Source: Alloascoidea hylecoeti (taxonomy: Eukaryota). From it: DNA of 20,000 nt. A program made the translations under genes and the position numbers. Location of the stretch: the NCBI GenBank assembly GCA_001600815.1, contig BCKZ01000028.1, forward strand, positions 175,049 through 195,048, given 5' to 3'. Within the stretch, counting starts at the first letter, position 1. Every line of letters begins with the position of its first letter. Below the pieces are notes generated by a model. The model was not told where the DNA came from. It saw only the letters and a program-made list of their open reading frames with translations, and made no database searches. Positions 10,032-20,000 of this stretch are shown here, one piece after another.

Positions 10032-10879
10032 TTTTAATTTGATAGATAATATTAATGATCATGAGTTTAATATTAATGAATTTCCATTAAATTTAGGTCT
10101 CTATTCTTAGCATAGTTAACGTTATATAGTAGTGAATAATGAATTATAATACTTAGTGGGAAATACAAGGAAATTGTCAAGTACAAAACTTCGTAATCCT
10201 GATTCCTCAATCTTGATTAAAGTTTCAAGTTTTGATTAACCTGAAAGTAGTTATAAAAGATGAAACACAACAAATATCAATCGCTCACAATAATGTCTCT
10301 AATACTCTATAGTCGAAAACTCAATAATCAGTAACTCAACCAAAAATGATGAACTGTCTGAAACTTATCTAGATCTACTATCACGAATTTTCTATTTTTT
10401 GGTTCTAACGATAACTTGGTAAGATTGAAGAGCCCAGTTGTGAAGGCCAAATACTTGATAATCTGATTTTTTGATTAAAATTGTCCTTTCCTAGCTAAAA
10501 ATGAGATATCTTCCCATCCAAATTGTTATAACATATTTAATCCGTAAGTTTAGTGGATTTCTCCCGGGTTTACGTGTTTCATACAGTGTTGCACACATGA
10601 GTACTATAGTTATTACACTTAAGTTCGGCCATCCCGATTATTAATTATCAGATTGTGCACCCGAAGCTGTTCTATATATTATGTATCTATATTAAAGGGG
10701 TTTACCGGATAATGCCATTGAAAAATTAGTTAGGAATGGCTGATAATTAGTAATTAACAATCAAGATTAATTGAAATGACGGTATGTGCACTCGAGATTA
10801 AACTGGCGCTTCGCGAAAAATTAGGTAAAGTTTACAAACAGTAAGGATTAATGTTACAAGCCTAAAAATATATACTTTA

Positions 10880-12018
10880 GGTCAAAATCTAATTTATCGA
10901 TAGTCTTGTTTTCTTCTCTTCAGATGTTTTTCTGTTAACGTGAATCCTATTTTAGATTTTAACCACTTATCGTTTCAATCTCTTTCTTAGTATACTTATT
11001 AGTCACGTTTCAATATCTCTATGGCTGAACTTGTCAAGTAATTCATCATCTTCAATTGTATAAAAGCTACTTTCTGGCGCTTCCTCATTCATAGTTCTAT
11101 GAACTTTTTTGATTCCTGAATCAATATTTCTTTGTGTTTTTGTATTCTAAAGTAAACGCATCATTTTCTTTTTCGGAAAAATCAAGAGTTATCATAGATT
11201 CAAACTCTATATTGATATCAGGAAGAAGGAACATTTTTCAATGTATCATCCTGAATGTTTGAATAAACCTCTCTGATAGAGTTGAATAACACCTCCAACC
11301 TACCTTTCCTCTAACACATATTGTCATCAATTGCGGTCAATCGTCGAGAAGGTGTATAATTCCTAAAAATATTTATCATTTTATAATCTGCTATCCCTTG
11401 GCTTATACGTTTTCTTGTCCTAGACGAAATATTAAAGTTCAAAATGCCTGTTCTCTCAGTTGCACCAAAAAGCCAATCGACTCTTTAGTGAACTGTTCTA
11501 AGAGTGTAATATATAGAATGTCCAACAGAAAGAGGACTCATGTCAAAAAATTTTATCCAATCATAACTAATTTTTTTCAGATGCTAAGCTATCTGCATAG
11601 CTTTTGGGTGAGTTGGTCATTTCCTTCAAGTGTTAAGTGTTTAGGTCCAGTTGCCTTACCCCCACTTAGATTGTAGATCCCTCTTGCCATAATTATGAGA
11701 TATTAAAAAAGTGCATCAAAGTATGGAGTACCACATTTTAATAAGTATGTCATGGTAAACACGACATGATTATAAACAGAATCATCATTCCTCATTGTTT
11801 GGATCTAATTGAGATAAGGATGGACCTTTCCAGGCATCAGAATTTATACCACCCTCAATCCTGATTGATATACCTGGTAATAGTAATTGATCATCTTCTG
11901 GTTCTATAAGCAATCCGCCTATTGGATTAGCTAACCATTTATGATCTATATTAATGGGTGGATTATATTCAAAAAGCCCAATTCCACCAATACCTGCAAG
12001 ATAGATATCAGAAGACAT
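10880..12018 (-). pseudogene. Probable decayed gene of unknown family
   Basis: Succession of protein-like minus-strand fragments broken by stops and frameshifts: MSSDIYLAGIGGIGLFEY...(12018-11785), NDDSVYNHVVFTMTYLLKCG, MFLLPDINIEFES..*..EEAPESSFYTIEDDELLDKF. A TATATATA tract lies at ~12266-12276 upstream. Boundaries are approximate. Confidence 0.35.
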
Positions 12019-12790
12019 TTCAGAAAAGATTTCCAAAATGACATAGATAAAACTCAAAATGATTCTTTTTCTAAAGATCCCTTTCTAAACCAGGGGGTGA
12101 ATGGTTTCGTAAACAGTACTTTTGGGCCTTTGGTCGAGTCATACTTAACATACTACTGGGTAATCTTATATAGATTAATTATTATGTTAATTTTAGATGT
12201 AATTCGTTGGCTACGCTATAATGGATTCGTTAGGGTTCATTATCAAGCACCTTCGAATTGAGCTTATATATATATAGTCATTTCACTTGATTTAGGCCAT
12301 TTGTGAATAGGACTAGATATAATACACTCAAAAATTTCCTCCACATTATGTACTAATGTTCGGCCATAGCGCTAAACAATTATCGGCCTTGTGATGAATT
12401 AGAATTAGGCCACGCGATGAACAAAGTATACACCTACTATCTATACTGAATAATTGGCCACTTAATGCTAAATATCGGCTAACCGAATAACTAAACATTC
12501 GGTATTTATAAAATACAAACTAATCGATATCGATTATATTAAAAATTTGATATTTTGATTGTTCTGAGAGAGTCATGGACTTTTCAATGTATTCACTTGA
12601 ATTAGAAGTACCAGTAACCTTATAATTATAGGTGGTGTGGAAATCTCGATAAGGCTATGGTTCTCAAGAAATTGTCTCAACTAGGAATTTAGTAAACAAG
12701 GCCTTATATAATTTTTCTTTTCAAATTTCCTTGTGTTATCTCCTGTTTACATACTATAATTTATTTTACTTAGCTAGCAAAAAGTAAAAT

Positions 12791-12809
12791 CACACACACA
12801 CACACACAC
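12791..12809. repeat. (CA)9 microsatellite
   Basis: Read directly from the sequence. Confidence 0.9.
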
Positions 12810-12960
12810 TATGACGACTTTCTTTGGAAAATGCAAACTTAAACAATCATTATAGTAAATATTAATAAATATATAATACATTAGTATTTTCATTTCTCTA
12901 ATAAAAAGTTAATACCTTGGTTGATGGTCCAAATACTCTATCTATCTATTTATCCTAGTT

Positions 12961-13335
12961 GACTAATTAACAGCCTCACCTAAAATTATTTCTCATACTT
13001 TTAGCTAATTATTCAAAGACATAGCCAAATAATATTCATCAGAATCACTAATCAATCGTTTTTCCCACGAATCACTTGATATAATATTCGGAGAAGTGGC
13101 TAATTATTAATTCAAGCCCATCACCAAATAATATTATAGAATAGCTAATTAGCTTTCAAACATATCGCCAACTTGTGACCAATTAATTGCTCCAAATAAT
13201 CCTACCAAATTCTTCTAGGTAACGCTGAATAATTGTCGACAAGATCGCTAATTAGTTATCAAACATTATTTTAATTAATATCCAAAGATAAGGCTAATTT
13301 ATTCCCAGACCTATCGAAAATAGTGCTATTAATTG
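12961..13335. repeat. Degenerate tandem repeat with ~45-50 bp period (GCTAATT...TCAAA...CCAAATAAT)
   Basis: GCTAATT at 13004, 13099, 13144, 13247 and 13293 (spacings 95, 45, 103, 46), with similar downstream sequence. Confidence 0.55.
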
Positions 13336-13419
13336 GTGGAAAGACTATACCGGTAATTCGTTTCAAAATTTAAATGTCACATAATTGCAAGTCGTATAAT
13401 TCTAATTATTAAGTTCAGG

Positions 13420-14200
13420 AACGTACGTAAATTTATATTATAATCAATAGTAAATACTTGAAAATTAACCAAGCAACAGAAGATCATGAAGATCACACTC
13501 AGAGTAATATACACAAGACCATATAGTTTTCAAAGGATTCACAAAATTAGGATTCGCAATTGATTGAAATTACTATAGATTTGGATCCATTTAATCTGAT
13601 GAAGAAGTTAATTAAGAAATTACAACCTACGCATACAGGTTACAAGTACTATACATAAGGCAATAGTTACCCGGATTTTCCAAGAGCATCATTATAAGGT
13701 TGCATATGCACTGAATTTAAGTATATAATATTAATCCAATTAGTATTAAATAATAATTAGGGCTCTCCAACTGCCATATTAATAAGGCCTTATAGTTATA
13801 ATACAACAACCGAAATGTTGTGCTGATTCTTTACAACCATATGTCAATTTGTATGTTTACATATTGATAAGTTAGTCGGCTATTGATAAAAGGACATGAT
13901 ATATTTTGCTGACTGGTTTTCCAAAACTCTGAGACTCTGAAGTTTATATTGTGATTTGCAACTTTGATAAAATGCTCGGATTAGCTTTTGGTAACTCCCA
14001 CCAACGGTAATTTAAATCCTATTTCTAAGACAATTAAAGCGAGACAATGACAGTCAATCCCGTGAGGTATATTATTATCAGGAGCACTATCCAAAATCAA
14101 AATAAAACAAATATCAGACACTCGCGATGAAACGGGATAATAATCAGTGATTGAAGAGAGGAGCAGTTATTGAATCTGAAATTTTTAGAATGGAATTTTT
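13420..14200 (+). mobile_element. Second degenerate Ty3/gypsy relic (RT C-terminal half and RNase H)
   Basis: Frameshift-tolerant reading gives motifs in order. TEDHEDH-LRVIYTR at 13476-13518 (cf. TxEEHxxHLRxVxxRL). NASD(Y)AFG at 13971-13992 (cf. DASDYAIG). PV.Y..SGALSK at 14059-14094 (cf. PVAYxSxxL). TRDE at 14120 (cf. NYxTRDKE). Confidence 0.5.
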
Positions 14201-14715
14201 CATGAAATGATGGGACGATTATAATAACAAGTTTCGGAAGCCAGTTTAATCAGTGTTCGACGGCATGCAGTTGGGCATAAATGTACCACGAGTTCAAGAT
14301 CTCGTAATTGAATAGAAATATTTTATGAGAATTAAAAAATGTATTTAAAGTGCTAGGATTTCACTTAATTCAGGCTAAAATGCTTAAATCTGCTTGAGCT
14401 CTAATTATCAAATTTTCAGTATCTGATCTATCTTCATTTATCACCTCAACAGCCTTTTTAAGACATCATATATCCTAATACCCCTTCACTGAACCCACAA
14501 GTTGTACATCGTGATATACAAGATAACATATTCACAATGCACAATACCAGTAGATCCCGGGATTTTTTCCCCAAGTATGTAAAATATACTAATACACCAC
14601 AAAAAGATATTATATTAATATTTTTATATTTAGATCAGTTGATAGGTCTCCCTTGTCAGTAAGAAACCCTAATGGTATGTTTCCTTGTATGCTTTCTGGT
14701 TGAGTTATTTTATTA

Positions 14716-16444
14716 ATGAGTATTCTTAAAGATTCTACACTTAATTTACCTCGCAAACGAAATTTTCCGTACAAAAATGGCTCTTTTGCAAAATCTTCAT
14801 GTTCAATCTTTGGTACTCCAGATATGAAGTCGTTATACTCAATTGGTAGCAACTCTTCTGCTTGTTCGAATAGTGGGTCAGCATCTAGTTTATTTTCCTC
14901 ACTCTCACCAGCCTCCTCATTCTCCTCAGCTTCTTCTGTATCTGTTTCGTCAGATTATGATACCAACAATAAAGAGAATATCGACATTTTTAATAATAGC
15001 TATAAGAAACCTGGAAGAAGTTACAAAAGGTGTTTTTCTGGTACAGAACCAATTCAAAGGTATGTTTGCATTATATTGTTTTGTCAATTAAGGTTTATTG
15101 ATCTGTGTCTTTAAAGATCTTATTTCCCTTTAAAGAGATGGCAAAGCTAATCAATTATTTTCAAGACAATCGACAATACCAAAGGCATTCATTACTTCAC
15201 CACATTCTTCGACTCTTCCAGATACGTCAATTGATTCATACTTTAAAGAATCCTCGCCATCTGACATTCCTTCTTGGAGACGGAACATAAACGATGTAAA
15301 TAGCTTTAGTGATGCTTTTGGTTCTCCTATAAGTAAAAATATGGAACTTCGAGCTCGTTCAATTTATGTAGATAGAGCAAGTTATATCCGATTTTATAAA
15401 AATAGATCAAAACCAAGAAGAACACATTCTATGTTCCAAAAGCCGCAAGATGTTGTTGATTCAGAAGTCAAAGAAGAAGAGAACACTAGACGATCCTCAT
15501 GTTTAAACAATAATTATAGTGGCCAAAATCATTCATCTGCACGTCCTGAAGTTCCAATATCATTCTTAGATAGGGATAAATGCCCGATTGAATATTTCAG
15601 TGTGCAATCAGATCCATTGAAGAGAATCAATGTTAATACACTTTGTGATATCATGGATGGTAAATTCGAACATTTATATTCCAAACATATCATAATTGAT
15701 TGTAGATTTGGTTATGAATATGAAGGTGGTCATATTGATTCTGCAATTAATATAAATATCCATTCGGAATTAGAAAATATGTTGATAACGGAACAGACAA
15801 GTTCTAATTGTCCACCACTTTTAATATTTCATTGTGAATTTAGTTTTCACCGTGGTCCATTAATGGCAATGCATTTAAGAAAATGTGATCGTGAATTGAA
15901 TGTTGAGAATTATCCATATTTAAATTATCCTAATATATTAATTTTAGAAGGTGGCTATAAGGAATTTTTTAAAAGTTGGTCGTCTCGTTGTATTCCGGAG
16001 AAGTATATTGAAATGAATGACAGAAGACATTTTGACACATGTGAGAGAGAATTAGATCGTTTCAGAAGAGGTAGTAAGCAGAAAAGAGCTCGATCTTATA
16101 CTTCTGGTTCGGGGATTTCTTTAAGGGCTGGTAAGACGAAATCAAATCTGAATAATGGTTTCAGTTCAAAATTGAGGTTCAATAGGTTGTTTATTAATAA
16201 AAATGTTTCTTTGGACTTAACTGGATATTCTCAATTGGATCTTTCATATAAATACCCAAAATTTGAATCATCAAAACATCAAACTCCTTCAAAACCGGGT
16301 TTTACAAAATCTTCATTATTATCTAGAAATAATAAAAATAAAAGTGATGATTGGGAATTAGAAGATTTTGATGATTTTATTGTTGATGATAATGGGGTAG
16401 ATTCCTCACCAACTATTATTCGTAAGAGATCTAGGGTCTGGTGA
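14716..16444 (+). CDS. MIH1: M-phase inducer phosphatase (Cdc25 family), join(14716..15059,15166..16444), 540 aa
   Basis: Rhodanese-fold motifs IIDCRFGYEYEGGHI, FHCEFSFHRGP (HCX5R) and LEGGYKEFF. Removing the intron joins ORF 14716 in frame to ORF 15341 with no stop. Confidence 0.9.
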
Positions 16445-16865
16445 ACATATAATTTCTATGATGTTTTGTTAGTTATTATCATTCGTTTTGAATACTTTTC
16501 TGGCTATTGTTATAGTTGTTTATGCTATGTGATCTGGTGACTTTAATTGTTGTAATGATTTATGAAAATTGGATTCGTTTTTTATTCTGTTGCGTTTTTA
16601 TTTTATTTTTTTACTGTTGAAGTTATACCTTCCTTCTCTGCTTCATAAATATCATTTCTCAATACGAATGATACTTTATTATTTATTCCTTTCATATTAA
16701 CTTTTTCGTTGTTATTGTTATGATAATGATATGTTCTTGTATACATAATTTAATGATCATTGTAAGTTATATTTGTTATACAGTAATAACTCAGAGAGTT
16801 TCGTATTAAGATTGGAGTGATCAAGAACAAGAATATCTCATGATCGCGGTGCTGAAAAAGACATT
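15018..16865. repeat. Left arm of palindrome 2 (1848 bp)
   Basis: Mirror sum is 34016 (15341/18675, 16444/17572), changing to 34006 beyond a 10-bp indel. Confidence 0.95.
15060..15165 (+). other. 106-bp spliceosomal intron in MIH1
   Basis: Donor GTATGT at 15060, branch-like GCTAAT at 15146, acceptor ttttcaAG at 15165; removal restores the reading frame. Confidence 0.8.
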
Positions 16866-16955
16866 AAATTATAAATTATAATATTAATATTAATGGGATT
16901 ACCGAGGATTCTTAGACCGGGAACTTAAATACTCCTTTACAACCAGCTAAATGTA
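16866..16955. other. 90-bp unique spacer of palindrome 2
   Basis: Symmetry breaks at 16866/16955. Confidence 0.88.
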
Positions 16956-17050
16956 AATGTCTTTTTCAGCACCGCGATCATGAGATATTCTTGTTCTTGA
17001 TCACTCCAATCTTAATACGAAACTCTCTGAGTTATTACTGTATAACAAAT

Positions 17051-17150
17051 NNNNNNNNNNNNNNNNNNNNNNNNNNNNNNNNNNNNNNNNNNNNNNNNNN
17101 NNNNNNNNNNNNNNNNNNNNNNNNNNNNNNNNNNNNNNNNNNNNNNNNNN
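17051..17150. other. Assembly gap (100 N); flanks overlap by 95 bp (16956-17050 = 17151-17245)
   Basis: Sequence after the gap restarts exactly at the first base of the arm. Confidence 0.95.
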
Positions 17151-17571
17151 AATGTCTTTTTCAGCACCGCGATCATGAGATATTCTTGTTCTTGATCACT
17201 CCAATCTTAATACGAAACTCTCTGAGTTATTACTGTATAACAAATATAACTTACAATGATCATTAAATTATGTATACAAGAACATATCATTATCATAACA
17301 ATAACAACGAAAAAGTTAATATGAAAGGAATAAATAATAAAGTATCATTCGTATTGAGAAATGATATTTATGAAGCAGAGAAGGAAGGTATAACTTCAAC
17401 AGTAAAAAAATAAAATAAAAACGCAACAGAATAAAAAACGAATCCAATTTTCATAAATCATTACAACAATTAAAGTCACCAGATCACATAGCATAAACAA
17501 CTATAACAATAGCCAGAAAAGTATTCAAAACGAATGATAATAACTAACAAAACATCATAGAAATTATATGT

Positions 17572-18988
17572 TCACCAGACCCTAGATCTCTTACGAATAA
17601 TAGTTGGTGAGGAATCTACCCCATTATCATCAACAATAAAATCATCAAAATCTTCTAATTCCCAATCATCACTTTTATTTTTATTATTTCTAGATAATAA
17701 TGAAGATTTTGTAAAACCCGGTTTTGAAGGAGTTTGATGTTTTGATGATTCAAATTTTGGGTATTTATATGAAAGATCCAATTGAGAATATCCAGTTAAG
17801 TCCAAAGAAACATTTTTATTAATAAACAACCTATTGAACCTCAATTTTGAACTGAAACCATTATTCAGATTTGATTTCGTCTTACCAGCCCTTAAAGAAA
17901 TCCCCGAACCAGAAGTATAAGATCGAGCTCTTTTCTGCTTACTACCTCTTCTGAAACGATCTAATTCTCTCTCACATGTGTCAAAATGTCTTCTGTCATT
18001 CATTTCAATATACTTCTCCGGAATACAACGAGACGACCAACTTTTAAAAAATTCCTTATAGCCACCTTCTAAAATTAATATATTAGGATAATTTAAATAT
18101 GGATAATTCTCAACATTCAATTCACGATCACATTTTCTTAAATGCATTGCCATTAATGGACCACGGTGAAAACTAAATTCACAATGAAATATTAAAAGTG
18201 GTGGACAATTAGAACTTGTCTGTTCCGTTATCAACATATTTTCTAATTCCGAATGGATATTTATATTAATTGCAGAATCAATATGACCACCTTCATATTC
18301 ATAACCAAATCTACAATCAATTATGATATGTTTGGAATATAAATGTTCGAATTTACCATCCATGATATCACAAAGTGTATTAACATTGATTCTCTTCAAT
18401 GGATCTGATTGCACACTGAAATATTCAATCGGGCATTTATCCCTATCTAAGAATGATATTGGAACTTCAGGACGTGCAGATGAATGATTTTGGCCACTAT
18501 AATTATTGTTTAAACATGAGGATCGTCTAGTGTTCTCTTCTTCTTTGACTTCTGAATCAACAACATCTTGCGGCTTTTGGAACATAGAATGTGTTCTTCT
18601 TGGTTTTGATCTATTTTTATAAAATCGGATATAACTTGCTCTATCTACATAAATTGAACGAGCTCGAAGTTCCATATTTTTACTTATAGGAGAACCAAAA
18701 GCATCACTAAAGCTATTTACATCGTTTATGTTCCGTCTCCAAGAAGGAATGTCAGATGGCGAGGATTCTTTAAAGTATGAATCAATTGACGTATCTGGAA
18801 GAGTCGAAGAATGTGGTGAAGTAATGAATGCCTTTGGTATTGTCGATTGTCTTGAAAATAATTGATTAGCTTTGCCATCTCTTTAAAGGGAAATAAGATC
18901 TTTAAAGACACAGATCAATAGACAAAACAATATAATGCAAACATACCTTTGAATTGGTTCTGTACCAGAAAAACACCTTTTGTAACTT
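17572..18988 (-). pseudogene. MIH1: 5'-truncated MIH1 copy; retains the 367-aa ORF (18675-17572) with the whole catalytic domain, the intron and 42 nt of exon 1
   Basis: Identical protein sequence to 15341-16444. It lacks the native ATG and promoter. An in-frame TAA lies 7 codons beyond the junction. Confidence 0.75.
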
Positions 18989-19470
18989 TGTATAAGCTCC
19001 TGTGGAGTTTACATTGAGATAATAGTTATTCTATTATCTGGTAATGTTTTGGTTATTAGTTCATAAGGTGCAATTAATGGATCCCCAATAAGTATTGGAG
19101 TATTAACTGGTAGTATTTATGTAACCATGAACACGATAATGCAATGATTCACATATATCAAGAAATCTAATTCTGTATATTGTGTTATAATAATAGGTTG
19201 AGTTTCCAGATATAAGGAGAGGTCGAGTCAATGCAAGGAATGAATTCCTGTTTAAAAGACCAAACAAACAGACAATTCCATCATAAGTTCTACTGTTGCT
19301 TATTCTTCCTTAAATTTTGTGTCACCCTGATTTAACAAACTTTGGAATGATTATTCTTTTCCAAAATGTATATAAAACTCGAAAATAGCAATAATCCACC
19401 AAAAATTTAATAATTCTGTCACGGTTATATTTTAAATGACCTCTAAGCCCCAATTTACAATACAAAATGT
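18989..19470 (-). mobile_element. Degenerate Ty3/gypsy gag Zn-knuckle and aspartic protease relic; may extend further right
   Basis: CKLGLRGHLKYNR at 19459-19421, where the final CGT is one base from Cys (cf. CxxCGxxGHxxxxC). Then LTRPLLISG / ETQPIIITQYTELDFLI...VT*ILPVNTPILIGDPLIAPY at ~19230-19065 (cf. Ty3 PR AAYILDNMDYQLLIGNPILRRY). The catalytic DSG is not recognisable. Confidence 0.55.
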
Positions 19471-20000
19471 GATACAAAAAGTAGATAAAGTAGATTATTA
19501 AATTTAGGAATGGTTTCCCGTGGTTCTGTGATGTTAAGATGGTTCTCAACAGAGTGAGATTCCTGTATATAAATACTATTTAATCGTTTAGTATGCACAT
19601 GTGTGCTCTCAATTTCATCGATTGTGATGGTTGCGTGAAACCTTAATAGGAACGGGTATCTACACTGTTACACCAATTGTACTTCCACGAGTGTACATGT
19701 TTTTGGGTGTGTCTGCGCCATCTTCAGGGTCCACCGCAGTACATGAGTAGAAGTTCTGCATGAAATATTGTATCCCATCTTCTCCCAAAATATATTGAGG
19801 TTGTTGGAGCATTGAAAGACAAATTGGCAGACCTGGATTTGTAGTGCTGTTGCCGATTAATAGCAGCCTTTGCGCGTTTAGTGTTTCGCATGTTTTCGCC
19901 ACACAAACGTAAAGGTCAATATAGCACCACCGATAACGACGACAAATATCACTTCACGAGTGATAAGGGACAACTCAAACTCTAGAGTAGGTCGATTATA

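Larger units (their letters stand above)
16956..18988. repeat. Right arm of palindrome 2 (includes the N gap and a redundant 95-bp overlap)
   Basis: Reverse complement of 15018-16865, except that aaccttaatt is missing at ~18920. Confidence 0.93.

Noticed and set aside
3942..16930. Shared AACTTAAAT 9-mer in both loops (3942-3950 minus, 16922-16930 plus) as a resolvase site
   Set aside because: AT-rich 9-mer at inconsistent distances from the arms; compatible with chance
16956..17245. 95-bp direct repeat around the N gap, and ORF 16991-17266
   Set aside because: Contig-overlap artefact: the second contig restarts exactly at the arm boundary, so the ORF is spurious
19010..19240. Pepsin-type (A1) protease reading of IDSTSPYIW ... 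IGDPLIAPY
   Set aside because: Motif spacing (~48 aa) is too short for pepsins; the upstream Zn-knuckle favours a retrotransposon protease
19660..19906. Minus-strand ORFs of 80 and 60 aa
   Set aside because: Non-ATG starts and no recognisable motif. They could be gag remnants by position, but this is unsupported.

Overview
AT-rich fungal (budding-yeast-like) genomic DNA. The core (about 3821-16955) carries four host-type genes: a Ubc6-family E2 whose usual membrane anchor is replaced by SUMO-interacting motifs (SIMs) and a putative NLS, a PYD3-type beta-alanine synthase, an F-box protein, and an intron-containing MIH1/Cdc25 phosphatase. A gene-poor decayed stretch lies at about 10.1-14.6 kb. 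Both ends of the core fold back into long near-perfect palindromes. Palindrome 1 has 2666-bp arms (1155-3820 / 3962-6627) around a 141-bp spacer. Palindrome 2 has ~1848-bp arms (15018-16865 / 16956-18988; the second arm includes a 100-N gap with a 95-bp overlap artefact) around a 90-bp spacer. These duplicate the E2 gene completely and PYD3 and MIH1 partially. By hand translation, the flanks look like two colinear halves of a decayed Ty3/gypsy element on the minus strand: gag Zn-knuckle and protease on the right, reverse transcriptase on the left. The ~17.8-kb double fold-back block therefore appears to be inserted between PR and RT. A second Ty3 RT/RNase H relic lies at about 13.4-14.2 kb. 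All alignments were made by eye; no searches were run.
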